Source of the DNA: Selaginella moellendorffii | Taxonomy: Eukaryota > Plantae > Lycopodiophyta | Reading direction: 5' to 3' | DNA: 64,000 bases | Assembly: GCF_000143415.4 (NCBI RefSeq) | Contig: NW_003314295.1 | Span: forward strand, 310,001-374,000 | Shown here: positions 28,396 through 40,309 of the stretch, piece after piece | Position numbering within the stretch: position 1 is the stretch's first letter | Layout: every line of letters begins with the position of its first letter | Translations under genes and position numbers: made by a program | The notes under the pieces: model-generated | Seen by the model: only the letters and a program-made list of their open reading frames with translations | Told to the model about the DNA's origin: nothing | The model's database searches: none

Positions 28396-28539
28396 CAACC
28401 CCTAGCTGTTATGTTATTATATAGTTAAAATAATTAAATATGCTTTAATTTAATATTTCTAGCCACAGAAAACTTTTTATTTGTGATGGCTTTCTTTAAT
28501 CAACTTAAATCAGTTAAAGAACAATAGATGGCAATAAAA

Positions 28540-28705
28540 AATATGTGATTGCATGTGGGAGCATTATATATTTACACATGTGTGGATTTATTTTTTTGCT
28601 TGTAAAAATATAATAATCACATTTTGATTGCTATATAAGCAATCAAACATGATTGTGTATATAATACTTTTGTTATCTAGTATGCCATGTATGCATGGGG
28701 CATGA
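28540..28705. repeat. AT-rich dispersed repeat, also at about 59063-59232 and partly at about 48720-48750
   Basis: Shared blocks gggagcattatatatttacaca, tatataagcaatcaaa and atgcatggggcat. Confidence 0.7.
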
Positions 28706-29069
28706 TATTTCAAATTGTGACATATGACTGCCATATCATCCTAGATAACATAACGTCACCGCAAGTCTAGTAAAGGTTTTATACAAATATGTAGTGCAGG
28801 TTTTACACAAGTATGTATGTAATGCTAATTTATATTATGTGTGACAAATATTCCACAACTTCTCTTTTCCTTTCACAATGTCATGTAAAAATGAAATCCA
28901 TAAGTGTGGAGTAGTGGGACAAGAAGCACCATAATCAAAATTGAGGTATTGAATTGGAGCTTTTTATTTAGTCACAATATTACATATTACAATGGAGTGC
29001 CTAGTTAGTACTTTTTTGGTCACAGCTGCCAACTTTTATTCCTTCAGCAAGCATGCAAATGTTAGTTTT

Positions 29070-29750
29070 CATATAAATTAGCCATAAGTGTATATGCAAC
29101 TTTGTTCTATTTATCAATCTTCACCAAAGTGTTTTTCACAATTTTCCCAATTTGCATATCTTTCTACTTCTTACACTCACTTGGAATGCTAGTCTAAGTT
29201 ACACAGTTTGGCTTTAGAGGCATAGATTCTAACACCATCATTGCTTCATCCAAATGGTTACTCATCCCAAAAGATCAATCACTCCATGGTAGTGCTCACA
29301 CCCAAGATAAATCCCATATTTTATCTCTGTTGCATTTAAGTATTCCATTCCTTGTTTCACAAACCTCACATGGCTTAAACCTATCAGGATGAAGATTGAA
29401 ATCTTACATGTTGTGAAAACTTTGAAATATAAAGGTAGAGTCTCCTTGGTGACTGTATCCAGTTGTCCAAGCCACAAGATCTTTTAATAGCATCAAGTTC
29501 AAACTTTGTTGAGCCAAGATCATGCTTCTTTGCACTAGAAGTCAACCAAGCATATCACTATGACTTGATTGCTCTTCACTCCTGAGCTCTTCATCCCAAT
29601 TGCCAAGCCCCAACATTGTTATAAGCTTCCCCTCTACTGCTTTTATTACTGTGAGTTACCTAGTATGTAAAGCCATGCTTTACTCCAGTGCCACTAATTT
29701 TACAAAAACTCCTTCCATCTCTTTGTTATAAGATTTGAGTATGCCTTGAG
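29070..29750 (-). pseudogene. Old, AT-drifted PPR-E remnant
   Basis: SHVRFVKQGMEYL...EHYHGVIDLLG...YTLMANLY, with many stops. Confidence 0.65.
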
Positions 29751-30638
29751 AGCAGTCACATTAGCTTTGAGAATTTGGCTTGAAGTAGTTCTCTATCTCA
29801 TATTATTTGTTCTCAAGTGGATTTCTCACATTTTTAATCACATGTTTTTTTGGCATTATAATGGTTTATTGCGACCAAAGAAACAACCCCAAGTAGATAA
29901 AGAGTAAGTTTAGCCTATGGTATCCAAAATGCACTTAATCACCTACTGAAAAACATTATGCCTAAAAGCCCTAAAGCTAAACTTTATTAATGTGTTAAAA
30001 AAATTGATATGGAATTGAAATTTATGTAGTTTAAGAAATTGCATACATAGTGTTGACTTGGATTTGCCATGTATACATGGCAAGCACCAATATATACCAT
30101 GTGTAAAAAAAAAGTTGTGTTCAAATTATTATTTTGTGAGTCACAAATATATTTTATAATAATTCAAGTACTAATTTTTAATATATTTAGAAGCATGTCA
30201 AATTTGGGGGGGGGGGGGGGGGTTATAAGCTCTATTTTTAACTTCTTATTAGCTCCTTTTTACCCTATTACACTACAATCCAGTTGTGACTAGTTTATGC
30301 TCTTCCTCCTCCCATTATTACAACTTTGGAAGCATGATCTAAACCCTAAATACAATAGTGTTGTTTATGCATTTAAATTTGCAATTTAATATTATTTATA
30401 GTGCATATACCCTATAGGTATTTACTATAAGATAATCATACAAGTGAGTTGGATTTTTAAGCATATTTTGGATACCACAAGCTAAGCTCACCATCATTGT
30501 GTGGTTGTTTCCTTGGTGAGAGTTATAAAAAATATGTAACAAACCATTACAATGCCAAAAATTCCAACACATGATTAAAAATACAAAAAATCCACTTGAG
30601 AACAAGTAATACAAAATAGTGTTAAAATTACTTCAAGC

Positions 30639-30851
30639 CCAAAATATTACTTATGATACTAAAGTGGTTCAGAGAAGAAGGAAATGTCACATATGTGCAC
30701 TACATTTTCATCATAGTTGCTTGGAGCCAATATTTGTTGCATGGCTTGAAGTAGTAATATTGGAGCCTAGCAACTATGATGAAAATGTAGTGCACATATG
30801 TGACATTTCGTTCTTCTCTGAACCACTCTAGTATCATAAGTAATATTTTGG
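30639..30851. repeat. Near-perfect inverted repeat (about 95 bp arms, 21 nt loop)
   Basis: 30639-30734 versus the reverse complement of 30756-30851, about 5 mismatches. Confidence 0.95.
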
Positions 30852-30891
30852 TTTAAAAACAATTTCTATATTTGACAAGGGTTAGGATTTT

Positions 30892-32720
30892 ATGGAGAAG
30901 ATCAAGAAGATGATCCAGGATCGCTGCGACGAGCTTTGCAGAAAGATCATAAATCCTCTGCCAATTCCCGGGTTAGCGCCTGCCCAAGTAGGGACGCGCC
31001 CTCCCAGAGTGTTCGACTACATTTGTAGACCCAGCTTCGAGGAGAAGATGGTGGAGCACTTGAGAAAACGTACCTGTCCTGGACTTTGCGAGGAACAAAA
31101 GGCGTAGGTAAATCCTGTTTCCTATGGGCTTTGGCAGTGGTATTTGTTGCTGTCAACGTTCCTGGCTTGAGGATCATATGCATCTGCAATGCCGAATCTG
31201 TCAGGGCTGCACTCGAGTTCTCCTTCAGCGACGATTCCGATGCTCTTGAGCAGATTGGGCGTATTGACTCGCCTGCAGATTTGGATAAGTTTCTCAAGTC
31301 CAGGGAGGAAAGGATACTTTTGTTTCTGGATGGAGGGGAGCACTACGATTTTGCACATAAAGATGGTTCGCCAAGAACACAGGACGATGGCAGGCAAATA
31401 CTCGCAATCAAAACATGGTTGGATGTGTTTCAGGATAATGCCACTTTTAGATGCATACTCCCGTACTGGCCGTGCCTCTACACCGAGTTCAGCATTTAAT
31501 TTCCTTTGCATAATTTCGTTTTATGTCTGTCGTGCATTGCAGGAGGAATGCGCTACATATCTAAAGTCTTGTTCAATATTGGGACCTATGCTCGACAAGC
31601 GTCCCCTTCGAAGGAAAATTGTGAATTACCTTGCTGAGAGGCATCCCATGTCGTTATACCTGCTGGAGAGATACTGCCACAAGTACGTGGAGACGACTGA
31701 TACTCGGTTAGATACGCCTGAGGACCTCAGAACCCGTCCGGTATGTGTCCAACTGTTAAATAGTACGAGTCAGCTTATTTCTTGGCCGCAGGTACCTAGC
31801 TCTCGACCAGCAGTTCCTCTCCATTCGTACCTTGATGATGCGGAGGCCTGGGATAAAAGTTGCGGCTCTGTTCACACGAAAGAAGCCAGACCTGATCGAA
31901 GGATTTATTCTTCCTGGTGGTCCTTGCACTTCGTTTCTCCACAGCTTGTCTCTCCAGACGCGTCTACGTCAGAAGCAAACTCGTGCGTATAGAAGTCATC
32001 ATATTCAACTGTACCTGAGGCAGCTGCTTGACGAGGAGAACACAACGTGGCCCCAAGTTGGCTACATATGCGACGGGATTGTAGCAGAGACGATACGGAT
32101 GGGGGCTTCACCTTTCAGGGTACTAAGTACCAGGCAGATCGACTAGAAATCCTTGATGGAAAACCGAAGCTAATCAACCCCAACGATTTAAGAAAGGACG
32201 AGAAAGTGTTCTAGTTGATCTCAATCAACTTCACGTATGTTGATGGTGCTCTGGTCTGGAAGGATTCGAAGGGGACGCTTCATTTCTGGTTCTTACAAGT
32301 GTGTTTAAAACCCGAGGCTCACTGAAGGGCAGAATACAAGTTCGTTCGGCCGCAAGAATTCAAGCAATGGGCAACTGACCCGTTTAAGCTTTTTTACATC
32401 TACAAGATCCACGCTGCACGTTTATGAAGGTATCAAGATTTTATCTCGGTTTATTTCGCAGGTAGTGTTTCTAAATGTGCAAGAACTGAACAATCCAAGA
32501 CGGAGGAGGCTAGCCGTGGAAAGAAAATCTGTGAGGAAGAGGATGCACACATTGCCTATGAAACAGACGAGTGTCCATTGGACAAGTGCTTACAGTTGAC
32601 GAACGAGGAGCATGTGCTATTCGCAAAGCTGGGAAACTTGAGGATGAAGTTTGCTGCTGAAAAGCGGAAGAGAAAGGAGAACAAGGGTCAAAAAAGAATA
32701 TTGATTTTTGTAGATGGTGG
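30892..32720 (+). pseudogene. Crinkler-like P-loop NTPase + restriction-endonuclease-fold gene, copy 2 (frameshifts and stops)
   Basis: GTKGVGKSCFL, ILLFLDG, then NFTYVDGALVWKDSKGTLHFWFLQVCLKPEAH (D...Q..H pattern) at about 32227-32322. Confidence 0.6.
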
Positions 32721-32931
32721 ATTATGGAATTTCAAATGCATCGTCATTCCCAAGTAGCGGGGGTGTGATCAGGTTGAACATTTGCAGATAGCCAAGGAGA
32801 AAGAGAAGAAAACAAAGAAAGCGAAGAACAATGGAAAATTATTTTAGCATGCAAGTTAACCTATATTCCAATTTTAGGGCTTGCTCTTGGTCTGGGCAAA
32901 TGCGACTTCGCAAAGATTCTAAGCAACTCCT

Positions 32932-33830
32932 AGCGGTAATGTTGATGTTCTCTCCGAAGATTTGATAATAATGGTGCTCACCCTTTATGGGCAAGCTCAA
33001 ATACCTCAAGCATTCTATTGAATGGCCACTGTTCATGGACATAGGGAGTCCAGAGGGAACTGTCGTGGAATACACGAAGAAGGTAAGGGATTTACTTGCG
33101 AGTGCTCGCTCACTTAGCTCGTTTTTCTGCCATTTGGTAACGAAGAGGGTAAAACCCAGATTGGCATTTTTAGGAGACTAGAATGCCTGGAATTTAGCGC
33201 GAGCTAAGTCGCCCATCGCGACATCACGCTAGCAGTGGTGTATCTCGTCAATGGCATCGTTCCGGATCCTTACATAAACTATTTCTTGAGATGAGCTACT
33301 GAGAATTTTCTACCTTGCTCCAGGACGAGATTTTCCACGTCCCGCAAGCTCAGTGCTACTGCAAAAAGGGATTTTATACTTGGCATCCTATTATCACAAC
33401 GCTGCCAGGATTGTAAGTTCGTCACTCTCTCTCGCTCCTTCCGAGTTTGTATGACGAGTTTTTGTTTCCGGATACCTCGTATCACTGGTTTTTGAATCTC
33501 TGGTGGGATGGATTTATGCACTCTCAATGCTCTAAGATCCATCAATATACTTTTGTCACTGGTACGTGTTTGGCGCATTTTGCTTCATCTCGACCCGAGA
33601 AAGCGTTGCTTCTCAAATCCGTGGTACTTGCCTTGTATCTTTTTCACGCTTCTATATTTTACACCGACGTTGGCCAACAGTAGCCATGATGGCCATGCAG
33701 GCATGCTTGAAGAGACCCCTACGGTCAGTATCCATATCAAGTTTCATACCAGACTTTACCTAAAATCCTTTCTTACGCTGCAGCTTTCTATCTTGGCAAT
33801 AATGTTCCGTGTCTGGACCGTTTTTTGTCT
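32932..33830 (+). pseudogene. Inverted, deletion-riddled copies of REP (3' parts) and ALG10 (5' part), introns retained
   Basis: 32932-33180 matches the reverse complement of about 23035-22918 and 22047-21830. 33190-33830 matches the reverse complement of about 21820-21080. Confidence 0.9.
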
Positions 33831-34092
33831 GGACCGATTTCATTGGATCCGTTTGCCTACTAATAGTGTGCTTGCAAATCCTAAATGCCATAAAACCCTA
33901 ACTCTTGTCAAATATAGAAATTGTTTTGCACAGATTATAAAGTAACTTTAGTTATATAAAATATTGCCCACATTTGCCTTTAGGAAATCAAAATATACCA
34001 CGTGGCAATATTTGATATGTCACTTCCTCAAGGTTAATCTGAGCCATTGGATGTAGGCATATTAGAGAAATAAGGGTATTTGCCCGCGTTAT

Positions 34093-36024
<1,932 letters not shown>

Positions 36025-36086
36025 ATCACAAGCAAAGTTGGAAATTGTAAAAACAATGGTATATCACGTACCTTAAAGTATAAACT

Positions 36087-38318
36087 TCAGTTCTTTCTCT
36101 TAGCATTGCACTCGAGTAATTGAGCACGCCTCTCCCAGAGCCCAGCACGTCCATAGAGGTTTCCCATAAGCACGCAAGCAGCATCGTCATCTCGATCCTC
36201 GAGCTTCATCAGAGACTGAAAAGCCTTCTCCCCAACCTGTAAGTTGTTCCACTTGCAAGCTCCACTCAAGATGGTTGTCCATGCCAAATAGCTGTCTTCG
36301 CAACGCAAGCTTTGCACAAGCTCGACTGCCTCTTCGAGACGGTTGGCCCGGCTCAGAAGATCGACTATGCAGTGATAGTGGTCGATCTCCGGCTTCACGC
36401 CAAACTCCGCGAGCATTGAGTTGAAGATCTTCTTCCCCTTGTCAACTAGGCCGGCATGGCTGCAAGCGGTGAGAACGGACAGAACTGTGATCCCATTTGG
36501 TTGTAAGCCTTCGTCCCGGAGCTTCCGAAAGTGATCAAACATGGGGAGTGTGTCACCTTGCCTGCTATATCCTGCTATCAACGCGCTCCAAGTAACCAAT
36601 CTCTTCGTCTGCATTGAGAAGAACACACTCTCGGCGGTGTCCATGCTGCCACACTTGCAGTAGAAATCCACTAGGCTGCTCTCCACGACCACCTCGGTCT
36701 CAAGCCCCGAACGAAGTATCCTGCTGTGGATCTTCCTTCCACTGTCCAGAGCTGATAAGTTCCCGCATGCCACCAGCGCAGCAACGTACGTGAGATGGTT
36801 TGGAGCCCCGGAAGTCATCTGTGAGAAGAGATCCAGAGCCAGTTCCCCCAGACCATTCTCTGCGTATCCTAGTATCAATGTTGTCCACGACACGACGTCG
36901 TGATAGGCCATCCTGTCAAAAGCCGCTCGAGCATCCTTCATGCTTCCACACTTGGCATACATATCCACCAGCGAGCTTGCCACGAAGCCGTCCGAGTCAC
37001 AGCCACTGACTACAGCTTCCCTGTGGATTTCCATCCCCTTCTGCAAACACTCCGCCTTCACAAACATCCCGTCCAGTTCTTTGCCTTGCTCTCTCGCTGC
37101 TAAACTCGCACAGGCCATGAGAACGGCAACAGTCGCTCGACTAGACGAGCATTTCTCCAGCCTCATTCTCGAGAAAAGCTCCAAAGCTAGCTCGTACTCC
37201 CCGTTTTCCACGTATCCCATGATCAGAGTGTTCCAGGAGATCTCGTCGTGCCGCAGCATTGCCTCAAACACTGCGCCGGCGTCCTCCAGCCTCCCACACT
37301 TTGCATAGAAATGGACCACCGTGCTTGCCAGGATCACGTCCGATGTACACTCGAGCTTGTCAATCCGAGAGTGAACAGCCATTCCCTTCTCCAGCGCCTG
37401 CGTCTTCACCACCTTTCCATTGACTTCCCGGCCTTCCTCTCGCAGAGCCAAGCTCGAGCAAGCCATCAGAGCAGCGACGTGAGTCCGGCAGTCGGGTGGA
37501 ATCCTCGAATCTCCCATAAGCTCGTAGTAACCCAGCGCCACCTCGTTCTCGTGGTTCTCTACGTATCCCTGTATGAGCGTGCTCCAGGAGACGACGCTGT
37601 GGCTCGGCATCCTGTGGAAAACCCGGGCAGCCTCCAACACGCTGCCACACTTCGCGTAGAGATCGACCAGCGAAGTTGATACGTAAACGTCGAGGCAGCC
37701 ACGCTTCCCGGCCTCGAGATGAATTGCCACTGTTCTTTCCAAGCACGAAGACTTGAAGAGCTTCCCATCGACGAGCTTGGCGATCTCCTCGTCGGCTAGA
37801 CTGGAGCAAGCCAAGAGCGCCGCAAGGAACGTCCGGGCATTGGGCTGGAGGGTGCCGCTTGCTTGGATCGCTCCAAGGATCTCTAGAGCTCGGCCTGGCT
37901 CTCCATTCACAGCGTAGCCGAAAGCCAGAGAGTTCCACGACACCAGGTCCTTGTGAGGCATGGAGTCGAAGATGGATCGCGCGTCGATCATGCTGTGGCA
38001 TTTCCCATACATGCTTATCAGCGCGTTGGAGACCTGGGTCACGGGCGAATGGCTACCATCGCTTCCAAGAATGGGGGAATGGATGCGCTTACCGGATTCG
38101 AGGTCCTTGGTGGCGCTGCAAGCTTTCAGTGCCGCCACTAGTGAAGGATGATCGATTCTTTCTTCTTCTTCTTCGAATCCAGAGAAGAGAAACCTTCCTC
38201 CTAGCTTGTTCCAGAACAGCAGTGAGAGGGAGAGATCGAGGAAATCGAGAGGGAAGCTTACATTTCTGTTGTGGCCGATGATCGGTAGCGCCGCCTTGCG
38301 AAGGCGGCATCGCCGCAT
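36087..38318 (-). CDS. PLS-class PPR protein with E1/E2, no DYW
   Basis: Repeated LVDMYAKCG / VVSWTTLI..Y / ALMAC triplets and HYHCIVDLLSRA...LMGNLYGRAGLW. Arg-rich N-terminus. Confidence 0.93.
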   Translation of the reverse strand: MRRCRLRKAALPIIGHNRNVSFPLDFLDLSLSLLFWNKLGGRFLFSGFEEEEERIDHPSLVAALKACSATKDLESGKRIHSPILGSDGSHSPVTQVSNALISMYGKCHSMIDARSIFDSMPHKDLVSWNSLAFGYAVNGEPGRALEILGAIQASGTLQPNARTFLAALLACSSLADEEIAKLVDGKLFKSSCLERTVAIHLEAGKRGCLDVYVSTSLVDLYAKCGSVLEAARVFHRMPSHSVVSWSTLIQGYVENHENEVALGYYELMGDSRIPPDCRTHVAALMACSSLALREEGREVNGKVVKTQALEKGMAVHSRIDKLECTSDVILASTVVHFYAKCGRLEDAGAVFEAMLRHDEISWNTLIMGYVENGEYELALELFSRMRLEKCSSSRATVAVLMACASLAAREQGKELDGMFVKAECLQKGMEIHREAVVSGCDSDGFVASSLVDMYAKCGSMKDARAAFDRMAYHDVVSWTTLILGYAENGLGELALDLFSQMTSGAPNHLTYVAALVACGNLSALDSGRKIHSRILRSGLETEVVVESSLVDFYCKCGSMDTAESVFFSMQTKRLVTWSALIAGYSRQGDTLPMFDHFRKLRDEGLQPNGITVLSVLTACSHAGLVDKGKKIFNSMLAEFGVKPEIDHYHCIVDLLSRANRLEEAVELVQSLRCEDSYLAWTTILSGACKWNNLQVGEKAFQSLMKLEDRDDDAACVLMGNLYGRAGLWERRAQLLECNAKRKN

Positions 38319-38345
38319 CGAAATTTCTACTCCATCTTGCGCTTG

Positions 38346-38359
38346 TAGGGTTTAGGGTT
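38346..38359. promoter_or_regulatory. Telo-box in the 61-bp gap between divergent PPR genes
   Basis: tagggtttagggtt. Confidence 0.5.
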
Positions 38360-38379
38360 CTTGCTTGAGCGCCAAGTCG

Positions 38380-40215
38380 ATGCGCTTGCGCAGGCTCAAG
38401 ATCTTCCAGATTCTCTTCCCCATTGGTGATGACGCCCAGGAATCGCTGGAAAGATTCATTACGATCGGTGCGCTGCGCGCCTGTGCTAGCTCCAGGGATC
38501 TCGACGCCGCCAAGCACATCCATTGGCAGCAGATCGACCGCTTGATGGACGATCTCCACGCCTCCAACACGCTTGTCAGCGTGTATGCAAAATGCAAGAG
38601 CATGGCGGACGCGCGATCGGTGTTTGACGCCATGGCGAATCGAAACGCCGTGTCGTGGAACTCCCTCATCGCCGGCTATGTCGACAACGGCATGGAGCAT
38701 CTAGCGCTGGAATCGTTCTCATGGATGCGATCGTCAGGGTTTGAGCCCGACGGCCGGTCGCTCCTCGCGGCGATCAAGGCGTGCTCGAGCTTGGCAGCGG
38801 CGGTGGAAGAAGATGACGGCCGCAAGGAGGTCTGCCCAGAGATTATGAATTTTGCCAGCGCTGTGCATTCTCAAGCTCGAGCTCGCAGGTTTGATTCCGA
38901 GGACGTCTTCGTGGCGAGCGCCCTGGTGGATTTCTACGCGAAATGCGGAAGAATGGCGCAAGCAAGGCAAGTGTTTGACAAGATCACCCATCCCAACGTC
39001 GTTTCCTGGACCACTCTCATCAATGGTTACGCTGACAGTGGCGATGGCGAGCTAGCTCTCGAAGCTTTTGGGCGGATGCTTCTCTCGGGCTGTCAAGCTG
39101 ATAGCCGAGCTTTCGTCGCGGTGCTGATGGCCTGCTCGATCTTAGCCACGAAAGGAAGAGCTCCTGCCAAGCAAAATGGTGGCAAGAACATCAAGGAGAA
39201 GTGTCTCCAAAGAGGTGTGGCAATCCATTCTCTGGTGGAAGAGCGTCACTGTGGCTCGGATCCTTTCGTCGCCAGCACTCTGGTGGATATGTACACGAAC
39301 TGCGGCAGCTTGGACGACGCTAGAAACGTTTTCGACAAGATGCCATCGCACGGGGTGGTCTCCTGGACTGCTCTGGTGATGGGATACGCAGAGAATGGCA
39401 GTGGAGAGATAGCTCTGGAGCTCTTCTCGCGCATGATCTTCGAAGGCTGCGATCCAAATCCGCGGACTTACGTTGCGGCATTGGTGGCTTGCGGCAGCCT
39501 GGCAGCGCTGCAAACTGGGAAGCAGCTCGTCCACGCTCTGGTTTGCAAGGCTGGAGTCGAGAGTGAAGTCTACGTTGCGAATTCGCTCGTCAACTTCTAT
39601 GGCACTTGCGGCAGCATGGGTGATGCCGAGCAGGTCTTCGACTCCGTGAAGAACAAGACGGTTTTTACGTGGAGTGCTATGATCGAAGGTTACAGTCACC
39701 AGGGGGACGCAAGGCACGTCTTTGCGACGTTCTGGAAGATGAAAGACGAAGGTATGGAGCCGAATGGAGTTACATTCGTATCGCTTCTCACCGCCTGCAG
39801 CCACGCCGGTCTTGTGGAACAGGGCAGGGAATTCTTCCAGGCAATGCGGCTTCGCCACAGGATTGAGCCGGGCCTGGAGCACTACCACTGCATGGTGGAC
39901 AGTCTGGGACGTGCCAACCTTTTCGAGGAAGCTGTAGCGATGGTGGAAAGAATGCCGTTTGAAGCGAATGAAATCACCTGGACGATCATGCTGGCCGCTT
40001 GCCGGAAGTGGAAGAAAGTGGAACTTGGGGAGCAGGCATTCGAGAAGCTGGTGGAAATGGGCGAGAAACAGGAGACGGCGTATTTGTTGATGGCAGATCT
40101 CTATGGTTCTGTCGGCATGAGAGAGCAACAGTCCAAGTTGCTGGGGATCTTGACAAGGAGTTCCAAACAAGACGGAATAGAACAAGGATGCTCGAGCTCC
40201 GAGTGCAACCGGTAA
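38380..40215 (+). CDS. PLS-class PPR protein with E1/E2, no DYW
   Basis: P-L-S triplets and ACSHAGLVEQG...EHYHCMVDSLGRA...YLLMADLYGSVG. Confidence 0.92.
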   Translation: MRLRRLKIFQILFPIGDDAQESLERFITIGALRACASSRDLDAAKHIHWQQIDRLMDDLHASNTLVSVYAKCKSMADARSVFDAMANRNAVSWNSLIAGYVDNGMEHLALESFSWMRSSGFEPDGRSLLAAIKACSSLAAAVEEDDGRKEVCPEIMNFASAVHSQARARRFDSEDVFVASALVDFYAKCGRMAQARQVFDKITHPNVVSWTTLINGYADSGDGELALEAFGRMLLSGCQADSRAFVAVLMACSILATKGRAPAKQNGGKNIKEKCLQRGVAIHSLVEERHCGSDPFVASTLVDMYTNCGSLDDARNVFDKMPSHGVVSWTALVMGYAENGSGEIALELFSRMIFEGCDPNPRTYVAALVACGSLAALQTGKQLVHALVCKAGVESEVYVANSLVNFYGTCGSMGDAEQVFDSVKNKTVFTWSAMIEGYSHQGDARHVFATFWKMKDEGMEPNGVTFVSLLTACSHAGLVEQGREFFQAMRLRHRIEPGLEHYHCMVDSLGRANLFEEAVAMVERMPFEANEITWTIMLAACRKWKKVELGEQAFEKLVEMGEKQETAYLLMADLYGSVGMREQQSKLLGILTRSSKQDGIEQGCSSSECNR

Positions 40216-40309
40216 GTTTCTTTTTGTAAAGTTTAGTTAACTTATTTCGTTAGCCCTATTTCAGCTGAAGCGCTAGGGCTATTGTGGTCGCGGTGCTCAT
40301 CACTGAGGA

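Noticed and set aside
30205-30222. Poly-G tract as a functional G-quadruplex
   Set aside because: A simple homopolymer in AT-rich intergenic DNA with no supporting context.
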